Positions 8,737 through 18,719 of a DNA stretch of 37,791 bases are shown piece by piece. The notes below the pieces were generated by a model. That model searched no databases. It had not been told where the DNA came from and worked only from the letters and a program-made list of their open reading frames with translations. The DNA is from Paracoccaceae bacterium. GTDB lineage: Bacteria; Pseudomonadota; Alphaproteobacteria; Rhodobacterales; Rhodobacteraceae. Position 1 is the first letter of the stretch. Every line of letters starts with the position of its first letter. The DNA is taken from contig JBLHNX010000001.1 of NCBI GenBank assembly GCA_047622125.1, positions 1 through 37,791 of the forward strand. Direction: 5' to 3'. The translations under genes were made by a program, and so were the position numbers.

Positions 8737-9453
8737 ATGGAAAACGCAACCTACACCGCATTGACGCGCCAGTCCGGATTGATGCGCGAAATGCGCACTG
8801 TCGCAAACAACATCGCGAATACATCAACCACCGGTTTCCGCGCTGAAGGTTTGATTTTCGCCGAACACATCAAAGCGTTGGGCCCTGATGCAGATTCGCT
8901 ATCAATGGCGACGGCTTCGGTGCGAGACACGCTTCAGACGCAGGGAACATTGACCCAGACAGGTGGCACGTTTGACCTCGCTATCGAAGGCGAGGGGTTC
9001 TTTCTTGTGGAAACCCCGCAAGGTGAACGCCTGACCCGCGCGGGCAGTTTTACACCCAACGGTGATGGCGATCTGGTCACGCCCGAAGGGTATCGTGTGC
9101 TGGACGCCGGCGGCGCGCCGATGTTCGTGCCCCAAGGGGTGCGCAGTATCGGCATCGCCCCCGATGGCACGATGAGCGCGGACGGACAGCCTGTTGGGCA
9201 GGTCGGGCTGTTTCTGCCCAACGATCCAATTGGAATGATCCGCGAAGATGGCGTCCGATTCCGTGCCGATGATGGGTTCGAGGCGGCCAATGAAGGGCGA
9301 ATGCTCCAAGGTTATCTGGAAGAATCCAACGTCAATCCGATCCTTGAAGTGACCCGCATGATCGAGGTGCAGCGCGCCTACGAGTTGGGCCAGACATTCA
9401 TGGAAAAAGAAGACGAGCGCATTCGCGGCGTGATCAAGGCCTTGGGCCAGTAA
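8737..9453 (+). CDS. flgF: Flagellar rod protein FlgF
   Basis: ANNIANTSTTGF, DLAIEGEGFF, LTRAGSF, GYLEESNVN; directly before flgG. Confidence 0.93.
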   Translation: MENATYTALTRQSGLMREMRTVANNIANTSTTGFRAEGLIFAEHIKALGPDADSLSMATASVRDTLQTQGTLTQTGGTFDLAIEGEGFFLVETPQGERLTRAGSFTPNGDGDLVTPEGYRVLDAGGAPMFVPQGVRSIGIAPDGTMSADGQPVGQVGLFLPNDPIGMIREDGVRFRADDGFEAANEGRMLQGYLEESNVNPILEVTRMIEVQRAYELGQTFMEKEDERIRGVIKALGQ

Positions 9454-9463
9454 GGAGAACCTG

Positions 9464-10249
9464 ATGCGCGCATTACGTATTGCAGCGGCCGGCATGACGG
9501 CACAACAAACACGGGTCGAGGTGATCTCGAACAACCTCGCCAATATGAACACGACGGGCTACAACGCCCGTCGTGCCGAATTTGCCGACTTGCACTATCA
9601 ACAAATAACGCGGCCCGGCACGATCAACGCATCCGATGGCACGGTCTTGCCCACAGGTGTCCAACTGGGCCTTGGTGTGCGCCCCACATCGGTGTCGGTT
9701 ATGCTATCGCAGGGGTCTTTGGCGGCGACAGGTGGTGATCTTGACCTTGGCATCGAAGGGTCCGGGTATCTTGAGGTCACCTTGCCAGACGGACGCGCCG
9801 CATACACCCGCGATGGTGGTCTCAAGCGCACGGGCGAGGGGTTGATCGTAACGTCGGACGGTTATCCGGTCGTGCCCGATATCACGATCCCGCGCGATGC
9901 CCGCTCGATCAGTATCAACGCCGAGGGCGAGGTCTACGCCTATTTCAACGACCGCATCGAGCCCGAGCTTTTGGGGCAATTCAACCTTGCGGGATTTACG
10001 AATCCCAAAGGTCTTGAGGCAATAGGGTCAAACCTATTTCTGGAAACACCCGCTTCGGGGCCATCAACTATCGCGACACCCGGTCAGGACGGGCTTGGCG
10101 TGTTGCGACAGGGTTATCTTGAGGATAGTTCTGTTGATGCCGTGCGCGAAGTGACCGACCTGATCGAAGCACAGCGCGGATACGAGCTGAACTCCAAGGT
10201 GATCACCGCCGCCGATCAAATGCTTGGTGCAATGGTGCAAATCCGATGA
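9464..10249 (+). CDS. flgG: Flagellar distal rod protein FlgG
   Basis: GMTAQQTRVEVISNNLANMNTTGY...GVQLGLGV...AQRGYELNSKVITAADQML; 261 aa. Confidence 0.97.
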   Translation: MRALRIAAAGMTAQQTRVEVISNNLANMNTTGYNARRAEFADLHYQQITRPGTINASDGTVLPTGVQLGLGVRPTSVSVMLSQGSLAATGGDLDLGIEGSGYLEVTLPDGRAAYTRDGGLKRTGEGLIVTSDGYPVVPDITIPRDARSISINAEGEVYAYFNDRIEPELLGQFNLAGFTNPKGLEAIGSNLFLETPASGPSTIATPGQDGLGVLRQGYLEDSSVDAVREVTDLIEAQRGYELNSKVITAADQMLGAMVQIR

Positions 10250-10659
10250 TCCGTATCGCCCTTCTTTGCCTTCTGGCGATGCCCGCCGCTGCCGAAACTC
10301 TTGTGGCCGCGCGCACGATCCCTGCCCGTTCCGTAATCGGGCCAGACGATCTGCTGTTGCGCGATGCGTCCACCCCCGGCGGCCTTACGGATCCGTCCGC
10401 GCTGATCGGAATGGAGGCACGCGTCGCCCTTTATGCTGGGCGACCTATTCGCCAAGGCGATGTTGGCCCACCCGCCGTTGTGGACCGAAACCAAATTATC
10501 CAGCTGATCTACATGCGGTCCGGCCTGAAAATTTCCACCGAAGGGCGCGCGCTTGATCGCGCTGGCCCTGGTGATTTGATCCGCGTGATGAATCTGACGT
10601 CCCGTTCGACCGTCACCGCCCGCATTGGCTCTGATGGGGCCGCCTATGTCTCATACTAA
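10246..10659 (+). CDS. flgA: P-ring formation chaperone FlgA
   Basis: Signal peptide, SAF-like region, GRALDRAGPGDLIRVMNLTS. Confidence 0.93.
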   Translation: MIRIALLCLLAMPAAAETLVAARTIPARSVIGPDDLLLRDASTPGGLTDPSALIGMEARVALYAGRPIRQGDVGPPAVVDRNQIIQLIYMRSGLKISTEGRALDRAGPGDLIRVMNLTSRSTVTARIGSDGAAYVSY

Positions 10660-10668
10660 GGAAACGTC

Positions 10669-11400
10669 ATGAACTTGCGCCTTCTTGCATTGATCCTTTT
10701 GGCCCTGCCCGCGTCCTGTGGTCGGCTTCAACAAATCGGGCAAGCGCCCGAGTTTTCACCCGCCGCGGCGACCCCTGAACATGCCGCGATGCTGACCTAT
10801 GGGATGGAGCCTGAACTGGCAGTGAGCGCGCTTGAACCAGATCAACCGTCACTTTGGACAGGCGCACGCGGATCGCTTTTGGGAGATCGGCGGGCGGTAC
10901 AACGAGGCGATATACTGACAGTTGTCATCGAAATCGACGAGCGCGCCGAAATCTCGAATGCCACTGACCGGTCCCGAACGGGTTCAGAAAGCATGTCGGT
11001 TCCCGATTTCTTTGGCGTTCCCCAGCGTATCAATGAAGCCCTGCCTGACGGCGCGAGCCTTGATCCTGCGGTATCACTTGCGTCATCCAGCAATTTTGGT
11101 GGGGATGGATCGGTGCGGCGCAATGAACGGCTAACACTGCGGGTTGCGGCGACCATTGTTGACGTGCTGCCAAACGGCGTGCTGTCGATCCAAGGCACCC
11201 AAGAAGTACGCGTAAATTTTGAAATGCGAGAACTGCTTGTCAGTGGGTATGTACGCCCCGAAGACATTAGTCGGCAGAATGAAATCACCTACGACAAGAT
11301 CGCGACTGCGCGCATTTCCTATGGCGGGCGCGGGCAAATATCGGACATGCAGCAGCCCCGTTATGGCCAGCAAGCAGCCGATGTCATCTTGCCCTTCTAA
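10669..11400 (+). CDS. flgH: L-ring lipoprotein FlgH
   Basis: Lipobox LPASC, DRRAVQRGDILTVVI, GYVRPEDISRQN, ARISYGGRG, C-terminal LPF. Confidence 0.97.
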   Translation: MNLRLLALILLALPASCGRLQQIGQAPEFSPAAATPEHAAMLTYGMEPELAVSALEPDQPSLWTGARGSLLGDRRAVQRGDILTVVIEIDERAEISNATDRSRTGSESMSVPDFFGVPQRINEALPDGASLDPAVSLASSSNFGGDGSVRRNERLTLRVAATIVDVLPNGVLSIQGTQEVRVNFEMRELLVSGYVRPEDISRQNEITYDKIATARISYGGRGQISDMQQPRYGQQAADVILPF

Positions 11401-11409
11401 GGATCGATC

Positions 11410-11925
11410 ATGAAGAAGCTACTTTTTCCTCTTGTCCTGCTTTTCGTCGGTATCGCAGGCGGCGTCGGCGCAGGGCTTTTCCTGTTTCCACCCTCGCACG
11501 ACGAGATGGTTGAAAACCCCTGCGGCGAATTACCTGACGGCGAGGGCCATTCCTCCGACATAGCAAGCGATGACCCCGAAGAAGCGACCGACCCAGAGGG
11601 AAGTGAATATGCCCGTCTGAATAATCAGTTTGTTGTGCCCGTTGTTAAGGATGGGCGCGTGTCAGCCCTTGTTGTCCTTTCGTTAAGCGTTGAAGTGCCG
11701 GTTGGCGGAAAGGAGTTTGTCTTTTCCCAAGAGCCGAAGTTGCGCGATGAATTCCTGCAAGTTCTATTCGATCACGCCAACATGGGTGGATTTGAGGGCG
11801 CCTTTACCAGCTCGCAAAACATGGGATTGTTGCGATCCGCACTACGTGATTCCGCCATCGGTGTCGTTGGTGCGCGAATTACTGATGTGCTGATTGCCGA
11901 TATCGTTCGTCAGGACGTGCAATAA
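11410..11925 (+). CDS. fliL: FliL-family protein (paralog 1)
   Basis: Single N-terminal TM helix, acidic linker, NQFVVPV...PKLRDEFLQVL FliL-like domain. Confidence 0.8.
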   Translation: MKKLLFPLVLLFVGIAGGVGAGLFLFPPSHDEMVENPCGELPDGEGHSSDIASDDPEEATDPEGSEYARLNNQFVVPVVKDGRVSALVVLSLSVEVPVGGKEFVFSQEPKLRDEFLQVLFDHANMGGFEGAFTSSQNMGLLRSALRDSAIGVVGARITDVLIADIVRQDVQ

Positions 11926-12309
11926 TTAAAGGCGGCGCGCCGCATTCCGGCGTCGGGCCTCATGCTCCCTTTTTGCGAGCGTCGCTGTCGCCACGTTTTT
12001 ACCAAAAGCGCGTCCAAGGGCTGCTTTTAGAATATCTTGGGTCACGAATAGCTGCGCAAGCTCTTGATTGAGGGCCTTGCGTCGCTGCTCAACCCACATT
12101 TGCCAACGCAAATCTGCGCCAGCAAGTTGCGCTGGATCTGCGGCCCGATCAACCATTGGCCGGGCCTCCCTCGCAGGTTTTAGAGATGCGAGTTGGGCGC
12201 GCACTGCGCTGATTGCGCGGTTGCACTGCGCCATCTTTGCCTGCTCGGCGCGCAGCGCCGCGTCGGTTAATCGCGCCAGATCATCCAATTGCTTGGCCCG
12301 ATCCGTCAT
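11926..12309 (-). CDS. Conserved coiled-coil protein, probable FliJ equivalent
   Basis: 127 aa, all-helical, two coiled-coil segments; coupled to flhB by a 4-bp overlap. Confidence 0.55.
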   Translation of the reverse strand: MTDRAKQLDDLARLTDAALRAEQAKMAQCNRAISAVRAQLASLKPAREARPMVDRAADPAQLAGADLRWQMWVEQRRKALNQELAQLFVTQDILKAALGRAFGKNVATATLAKREHEARRRNAARRL

Positions 12310-13385
12310 CTGCCGCCGGCCTTCTTGCGGATCAATTCTGCAAATCGGATTGCGGCTGCAACGGCGCGGTAGTGATCGGAACGAATTTCATCACCAATTT
12401 CCAAGTCAGCATGAAGCGCACGCGCCGTTGGCGGATCAGAGTGAATTGGCACAGCATTTTCATTGGCGATTTCGCGGATCCGCGCCGCGATATCGTCCAC
12501 CCCTTTTGCCACACAGACCGGCGCGCCGCCGCCGGCTCGATCCCATTTTAGTGCAACAGCATAATGGGTCGGGTTCACAATAATGACATCAGCACCGGGC
12601 ACATCCGTAAGCATTTGCGACATCGCGATTTCGAAGCCCTTTTGACGACGCTGCTGTTTCATAGCAGGGTCGCCCTCCGCGCCCTTCATTTCATCCATCA
12701 GTTCTTTGCGCGACATCCGATGCTTGCGCGTATGCTCTGCCTGCTGCCAAACAAAGTCGACCACGCCCAACGCTGTTGCCACAATCAAAACGATAAACAA
12801 AAGGCCAACAACAAGGCGCAACAGTTCGGTCGTGACGAGGCCCGCCGAAAGGTACATTGCGCCAAGAATGCGTGGCATTTGATATGTCAGATAAACACCC
12901 AGAATGACGCAATAGAGACTAAGTTTTGCAAAGCTCTTGGAGAATTCGAAAAATCCGGACCTTCCAAATTTGTTCTTGAAGCCCGAGATCGGAGAAATGC
13001 GAGACAGTTTTGGTTGAAGCTTGGTCGGGGCAATCACAAAGGCGCGCTGGGCGAGGACTGCCAAAATAGCAAGTGCCGCCGGAACGCCGAACCAAGGGGC
13101 CAACTGACCGATCATACTTATCATCAGGCCGCCCATCATCGGCGCGCCTGATCCCGCGAAAACATCCTTTGAAAACGTATCGGCGTGATCCAATAGGGCT
13201 GCGAGCCCCCCGCCCAAACCCAACAATGATGCCGACCCAAACGCCATCGCCGCCAACAAAAAGCCGCCGTACCCCGCAGCTGTGATCAGGTCAGTAGATT
13301 TGGGCACCTCGCCCTTTTTGCGTGCGTCATCCAGTTTCTTTTGGGACGGTTCATGTTGCTTGTCTTCATCGCCCTCTTCGCTCAT
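12306..13385 (-). CDS. flhB: Export apparatus switch protein FlhB
   Basis: KLDDARKKGEVPKS, EGDPAMK, NPTH autocleavage motif, VAKGVD. ATG 13385 overlaps the fliR stop. Confidence 0.97.
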   Translation of the reverse strand: MSEEGDEDKQHEPSQKKLDDARKKGEVPKSTDLITAAGYGGFLLAAMAFGSASLLGLGGGLAALLDHADTFSKDVFAGSGAPMMGGLMISMIGQLAPWFGVPAALAILAVLAQRAFVIAPTKLQPKLSRISPISGFKNKFGRSGFFEFSKSFAKLSLYCVILGVYLTYQMPRILGAMYLSAGLVTTELLRLVVGLLFIVLIVATALGVVDFVWQQAEHTRKHRMSRKELMDEMKGAEGDPAMKQQRRQKGFEIAMSQMLTDVPGADVIIVNPTHYAVALKWDRAGGGAPVCVAKGVDDIAARIREIANENAVPIHSDPPTARALHADLEIGDEIRSDHYRAVAAAIRFAELIRKKAGGR

Positions 13386-14161
13386 CTGAGTGTTCCAAAA
13401 GGGTCGATCATGAAGTCGCCAAAGGCATCCACCCAAATAGAAAGCAAGATCGGGGCCGACACAAAAAGCAGAATCAAACCACCCGCCGTGATCGCGGGCG
13501 CGCCGACGAAGGAAACCATCAACTGTGGCATCGCACGATTGATGACACCAAGGGTCACGTTGTAAATAAGCGATGCGATGACAAACGGCGCGGCCAGCGT
13601 AAAGGCCAGCGCGAAGGCGTGACCGACCTCGGCCAATCCAGCGGCGGACACGACGGCCGGCGACGGGAACTGGCCTGCGGGGATCAATTCGTAGCTATAA
13701 ATCATGTATTCGGCCAGCCGGACGTGTAAACCAAGCAAGGTGGCCAACGCCAGTCCGGCGACAAGCAATACGTTGCCGATTGCGGGGAGCGGATCGACGC
13801 CTGTGCTTCCGCCAAACAATTGCGAAAGCGATGTAGATTGAGCGGCGATCGTGCCTGCGATCTGAAGGGCGATCACGAACAGGCGAAGCATCAGCCCCAT
13901 GAACAGCCCCGTTGCGGCTTCGGCAAGAATGATCGCTGTCAAAGCGGCGGAGGCCGCAGGCTGCGCAGGCAGCCCAGGGGCGGCGGGTAGGACGATCAGC
14001 ACAAAAGCCAACGTTACACCAAGACGAACGCGCATTGGCACGTTTTGTTCACCAAAAGCAGGCACGAGCGCCATCATCGCGCCGATCCTTATAAACACCA
14101 CAAAGCCGGTCCAAAGCGCTGTTACACCCATGGGTGCGATCTGGGCCAACGCCTCGATCAT
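13382..14161 (-). CDS. fliR: Export apparatus protein FliR
   Basis: Multi-TM; FIRIGAMMALVPAFG, LQIAGTIAAQSTSLS, GVINRAMPQL. Confidence 0.96.
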   Translation of the reverse strand: MIEALAQIAPMGVTALWTGFVVFIRIGAMMALVPAFGEQNVPMRVRLGVTLAFVLIVLPAAPGLPAQPAASAALTAIILAEAATGLFMGLMLRLFVIALQIAGTIAAQSTSLSQLFGGSTGVDPLPAIGNVLLVAGLALATLLGLHVRLAEYMIYSYELIPAGQFPSPAVVSAAGLAEVGHAFALAFTLAAPFVIASLIYNVTLGVINRAMPQLMVSFVGAPAITAGGLILLFVSAPILLSIWVDAFGDFMIDPFGTLR

Positions 14162-16251
14162 GCTGGAACAAGCCCAACCAGCGCCGGGCGCGCGTCGACG
14201 CCGATTTCCTCGAACGACAGCACCGGATTTGGAATGCCTTTGGCCGTCATGACCGTCCGCAAGAACCGCCGCCGCCGCATCGATGTTACCATGGCGGGAT
14301 AGGCACCCGCTTCGCCCGCTTGCGCCATTTTCTCGGCTATGGCCGATGCAAGCCGGTTAAAATCGTCAGGCGGCAGCGCCACGTCTCCGGCTCCCTTGTC
14401 TGTATTGATTTGATACGTTGCAAAGATATCTTCCCACTCGGGCGCCAATTGCACCAAGGGGATCGTTCCATCAGCGCGGCGCATTTCGGCGACCAGTTGA
14501 AACCCCAATCGCTGACGCACGTGTTCGGCGATACCTTCAGTCGTTGGATAGATCTGGCGGCCCTCGGCGGCTGCTTCGATGATGAGTGGGAGATTGCGGA
14601 TCGAGACCCGTTCCTCAAGCAACAGGCGCAGCACCGATAGCAAAACATCTACGGGCACTTTGTCGGGCATCAATTCGGCAAGCATCTTGCGATTGGCTTC
14701 GCTTCGCGCCGGATCGCTAAGGTTGGTCATTTCATCAAGCAACCGGCGCAGCGCCTTGAGCGTCAGCAACCGCGGAAAGTTACGCTTGATTATTTCAAGC
14801 AGGTGGGTTGCAAGAACCTCGGTTGGCGAAACGGTCGTAAGGCCGGAAAGAGCTGCGGTTTCCTGATCTTCCGGGGCAATCCAACGCGCCGGCGCGCCAT
14901 AAACAGGCTCGTTGACGTCCTCCCCCATGACCGGAGGCGGCGTCGGGCCCGACAAGAGCGCAAGCATTTTTTCAGGGCGCAGATTATCGCGGACCTGTTC
15001 GACCCCCAGAACTTTGACAACATATTGTCCAGGGGCGAGGGCGGCATTGTCAGTTAGGCGAATTTCAGGCAGCAGGACACCGAATTCAGTGGCAACGTGG
15101 TTGCGCATATTCGCAATTCGCGCATCCAATCCCGTTCCAGGATCCAGCACCATATCAACAAGATCAGGTGCAAACTCCAAATGGATATCATCAAGATCAA
15201 GCATGTCGCCCATCGAAGAAACGGCGGCTGGAGTCGCCGCTCCGGCGCTACTTTGCGTGTCTTCTTCAGCCTCGCGTTGGGCCTTGCGCGTCATCAGATA
15301 TGCGCACCAGCCAAGTGTGAGCGCACCAAGTAAGAACGGTAGGAATGGCAGGCCGGGCACCAAAGCAAAAAGTGCCATAAGAACGGCAACGGTTGTCAGT
15401 GCTGCGGGATGCCGACCCAATTGCGCAACGATCGCAAGATCAGTTGCCCCTTTGGCGCCACCACGCGCCAGCAAAAGGGCTGACGCGATCGAGATTATGA
15501 CGGCTGGGATCTGACTGACAAGCCCGTCGCCTACAGTCAGAATTGCGTAGGTTTCAAATGCGGTGCCTAGCGGCATGCCGTGGATGCTCACGCCAATCAC
15601 AAGGCCCATGACAAGGTTCAACACCGTGATGAGAAGGCCTGCAACCGCGTCACCTTTGACAAATTTTGACGCGCCATCAAGCGACCCGAAAAACGTTGTT
15701 TCCGCTTGCTCGGTTTCGCGGCGCAGCTTTGCCTCGGTGTGGTCGATTGCGCCCGCGCTCATATCCGCATCAATGGCCAGCTGTTTGCCCGGCATTGCGT
15801 CCAAAGCAAATCGTGCGCCCACTTCGGCCATGCGTGTCGCGCCCTTGTTAATCACGACGAAGTTAACGATCAAAAGGACGCAAAAAACGACGACGCCCAA
15901 TAGGACGCTTCCGCCCATCACGAAATTTGCGAACCCCTCAATGACGTCACCGGCGGCGGATGTGCCTGTATGACCCTGCCCGATGATCAATTTCGTGGAC
16001 GAGACATTTAGCGAAAGTCGCAACATCAACGATGCCAAAAGGACGGTTGGGAAAGCGGAAAAATCAAGTGGCCGTTCGATAAACAGCGTGACGGTAAACA
16101 TCAAGATTGCCAGCGCAAACGAAGCTGCCAACCCGATATCAAGCACCGCAGCGGGCATCGGCAGAATCATCATCACGATGATCGCCATGAGTGCGAGGGC
16201 TAACAGAACAGTCGGACGAAATATGCTCGCGAAAGTAAGCCCGGACATCAT
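14158..16251 (-). CDS. flhA: Export apparatus protein FlhA
   Basis: KGATRMAEVGARFALDAMPGKQLAIDAD, GASKFVKGDAVAG, VGDGLVSQIPA, ERVSIRNL. ATG 16251 preferred as start. Confidence 0.98.
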   Translation of the reverse strand: MMSGLTFASIFRPTVLLALALMAIIVMMILPMPAAVLDIGLAASFALAILMFTVTLFIERPLDFSAFPTVLLASLMLRLSLNVSSTKLIIGQGHTGTSAAGDVIEGFANFVMGGSVLLGVVVFCVLLIVNFVVINKGATRMAEVGARFALDAMPGKQLAIDADMSAGAIDHTEAKLRRETEQAETTFFGSLDGASKFVKGDAVAGLLITVLNLVMGLVIGVSIHGMPLGTAFETYAILTVGDGLVSQIPAVIISIASALLLARGGAKGATDLAIVAQLGRHPAALTTVAVLMALFALVPGLPFLPFLLGALTLGWCAYLMTRKAQREAEEDTQSSAGAATPAAVSSMGDMLDLDDIHLEFAPDLVDMVLDPGTGLDARIANMRNHVATEFGVLLPEIRLTDNAALAPGQYVVKVLGVEQVRDNLRPEKMLALLSGPTPPPVMGEDVNEPVYGAPARWIAPEDQETAALSGLTTVSPTEVLATHLLEIIKRNFPRLLTLKALRRLLDEMTNLSDPARSEANRKMLAELMPDKVPVDVLLSVLRLLLEERVSIRNLPLIIEAAAEGRQIYPTTEGIAEHVRQRLGFQLVAEMRRADGTIPLVQLAPEWEDIFATYQINTDKGAGDVALPPDDFNRLASAIAEKMAQAGEAGAYPAMVTSMRRRRFLRTVMTAKGIPNPVLSFEEIGVDARPALVGLVPA

Positions 16252-16453
16252 GGCAAGCACGCCGGGATTGCGGAGGCGCCGCGAAGCAAGGCGATGCAAC
16301 GGAGCAAGACAGCCCGCTTCAAAACGTGCGTCACTATGTTGCCAACAGCGCCTGCGATTTGCAGGCCAGTCGAAATTCCCATTTTCACAACCGCTTTCTG
16401 CAGCTTCAATGCAGTCAGCCTAGGTGGCGTTCGTTTAGAATTCGTAACCAGAA

Positions 16454-16468
16454 CCAAGCCTTAGTTAA
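16454..16468 (-). promoter_or_regulatory. Possible CtrA box upstream of flhA
   Basis: Minus strand TTAA-CTAAGGC-TTGG (one perfect TTAAC half); overlaps the stop codon of the 752-aa gene. Confidence 0.35.
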
Positions 16469-18719
16469 TTGGCGACACGGTTTCACCCGTTTCCACAGGA
16501 AATCGTTCTAACAAATTCTGGATCAGGTCTCGTGTTTCGCTGGATTTACTCAAAAGGAATTCTCTTTGCGCCAAAGGCGAGGCCGGTGCGGTCACGATCG
16601 TATCGCCCAACATGCGCTGTGAAATATCACGCAACAAAGGGTCTTCGGATTCAGACAATCGCGCCCAAGCTCCCGCGCGCCATGCCAAATTTTGGTCTGG
16701 ACCATCTTCGCCAAGGGACGCGCGGTCAGCGGCGACCGCCCCCCCTAAATCACCGCGGGCAATCAAGGCACCCGCCCGCAAGCGCGACGCTCGTGGGTCA
16801 GTCATGCCAGCAATTTCGCGCAAAGCATCTTCGGGCTGCCCTAGCGCAAGTGCAATAGAAGCGCGCAGATAGCGACGTTCGCGCATATCGTCCTGACCGG
16901 CATCACCAAGCAATAACTGCCCGGCGCGGTCCGGAAAGCCTAGCGTCAAGAGCCGCGCTGCGGCAGCATTCTGCGCTTCATCGTTGATGTCGGTCGGAAA
17001 GTCATCAAAGGCAAGGTGCAGGAATGCCGCGTCTGGCAGGACTTCTGTGGCACGGCCAAACACTTCGCTTTGCAGCGCGGTAAAATCGGAGTCTTTCATA
17101 CTGTCGGCAAGCGGGCTTGTTACTTTGATCGCTTGGGCAATCAATCCTTGCTGAGCGAGCGCGCGGGCCAGCAGAGCACCCAGTTCAGTGGAAATCGCCT
17201 GCCCACGAAACTCAAACTGCACGGCTGCGATCAAATCAATGACATCCTGATCCAATGCCCGCTCTTGCTGCAAAGCTAAATTGACAAGCTCGATGAGGGT
17301 CTCGGGCGTCGGCCGACCATTTGACTCGCGCGCTTCGGCCAGCTGGTCAAACGCTGCATCAATGTGACCGCCACGCAATGCAAGATCAGCCATTGCGCGA
17401 TCAACGGCAGGGCTTTCACCAGTCACTGATCCCTGAACGGCCTGCAGAATGAGCGTAGACGTTTCGGTGTCATCAACCTCAAGAAAGCGAGTCGCGAGTT
17501 GCGCGCCAAGATGTCCACGAAGACCTTCTGGCAAGCCGCGGTGGGCCAGCAAGACGGCGTTACGATCAACGCCCACCGACTGTTCTATGAGTGTCTCAAC
17601 CGCCAACACAGCCCAAAGGGCCCCTGGCCCCACACAGCCAAGTTGTGCGCTTAGCAATCCATCGGGCACAGTGTCGCCGTCAACAACTGCAGCCATTTCC
17701 GCAAGGATTTCGCGCGACTTTGAGCGAACACCATCCAGCGAAAGCGCCTGAAGCGCCTCGCGACCGAAACCATAATAGATATAGCTTCGCGCCAAAGCTT
17801 CGGGTGCGGTGGGGGGTATCCTGTCGAATTCTTCGGTTAAAAGGGTCCGCTGCATGCCGACATCAAGGTTAAACTGTTCAGTGTGTGACCACGACGTCAA
17901 ATCGAACTGCGCCGCCTCGAGGCAGGTTTCGCCCTGGTCGGATAACGTGGCAGCAATGACATGTGGGAAAGCCTGATCATAACTGGTCCGCAAGCTGATT
18001 CCCGGTCGCCCAGTGGGTGTGCGACCCGGTGTAAGAGGATGGCCTGGATCAGCGGGTGGAGATTGGACAGCCACAGGGACTTCTGATGATGTTTCGGCTT
18101 GCGTAATCGCCCTCGAGAAATCGTCTTGCACGATATCCAAAAGCCCTTGCGAGGATGCACGCGCGAGACTCTCGATGAGGGCCTGTTGGGCTGCGGAAAC
18201 ATCTATTGCCTGCGATTCCATCGCAAAGGGCTCGCCCGTCGGGGTATCAAATTCGTCCAATGCGTTACCTGTCAATGGGAGCACCACTGGGGGTGATGTC
18301 AGCTCACCTTGGCCGACTGGTTCTGAGTTGCTACCCTCAAACTCTGATCCGCTTGGGGCAGGCCCATCAATGATGTCGATCACAAGGCGATCCGGCCGCC
18401 ATAGAAATGCGTCGGCATGACAGACCTCGCACGCCAAGCTTAGGGTCAGCGTTCCAGCAGCTGGACCGGTGGCGACTTGTGATATTCGGGTGCGCGGAAT
18501 GCGCGCAAAAACCGAACCAAGTTCGTAGCGTTCGGCCTGTCCATCAACAGTCAGAACGTAGCTATCCGCCGCGCGGTCAAGTGACCATTCTGCATCGATT
18601 GGTACGGGCACCACGAGTCGTGAAAATGTCTCGTGCTCGCCGCTGCGCACACCAGTATCCTGCGCGCAGACTGCCCCACCTAGGAGGGTGAAAAGTACAA
18701 AAAGAAGCCAGCGCCGCAC
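16461..18719 (-). CDS. Large secreted/periplasmic flagellar-cluster protein of unknown function
   Basis: Signal peptide MRRWLLFVLFTLLGGAVCA; beta-rich N-terminal domain (RSGEHETFSRLVV); long helical TPR-like remainder; GTG start overlaps the motA TAG. Confidence 0.75.
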   Translation of the reverse strand: MRRWLLFVLFTLLGGAVCAQDTGVRSGEHETFSRLVVPVPIDAEWSLDRAADSYVLTVDGQAERYELGSVFARIPRTRISQVATGPAAGTLTLSLACEVCHADAFLWRPDRLVIDIIDGPAPSGSEFEGSNSEPVGQGELTSPPVVLPLTGNALDEFDTPTGEPFAMESQAIDVSAAQQALIESLARASSQGLLDIVQDDFSRAITQAETSSEVPVAVQSPPADPGHPLTPGRTPTGRPGISLRTSYDQAFPHVIAATLSDQGETCLEAAQFDLTSWSHTEQFNLDVGMQRTLLTEEFDRIPPTAPEALARSYIYYGFGREALQALSLDGVRSKSREILAEMAAVVDGDTVPDGLLSAQLGCVGPGALWAVLAVETLIEQSVGVDRNAVLLAHRGLPEGLRGHLGAQLATRFLEVDDTETSTLILQAVQGSVTGESPAVDRAMADLALRGGHIDAAFDQLAEARESNGRPTPETLIELVNLALQQERALDQDVIDLIAAVQFEFRGQAISTELGALLARALAQQGLIAQAIKVTSPLADSMKDSDFTALQSEVFGRATEVLPDAAFLHLAFDDFPTDINDEAQNAAAARLLTLGFPDRAGQLLLGDAGQDDMRERRYLRASIALALGQPEDALREIAGMTDPRASRLRAGALIARGDLGGAVAADRASLGEDGPDQNLAWRAGAWARLSESEDPLLRDISQRMLGDTIVTAPASPLAQREFLLSKSSETRDLIQNLLERFPVETGETVSPIN

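Noticed and set aside
8902-9552. 216-aa minus-strand ORF and the many other short overlapping ORFs in the flagellar cluster
   Set aside because: They overlap clearly identified flagellar genes on the other strand or frame and show no motifs.
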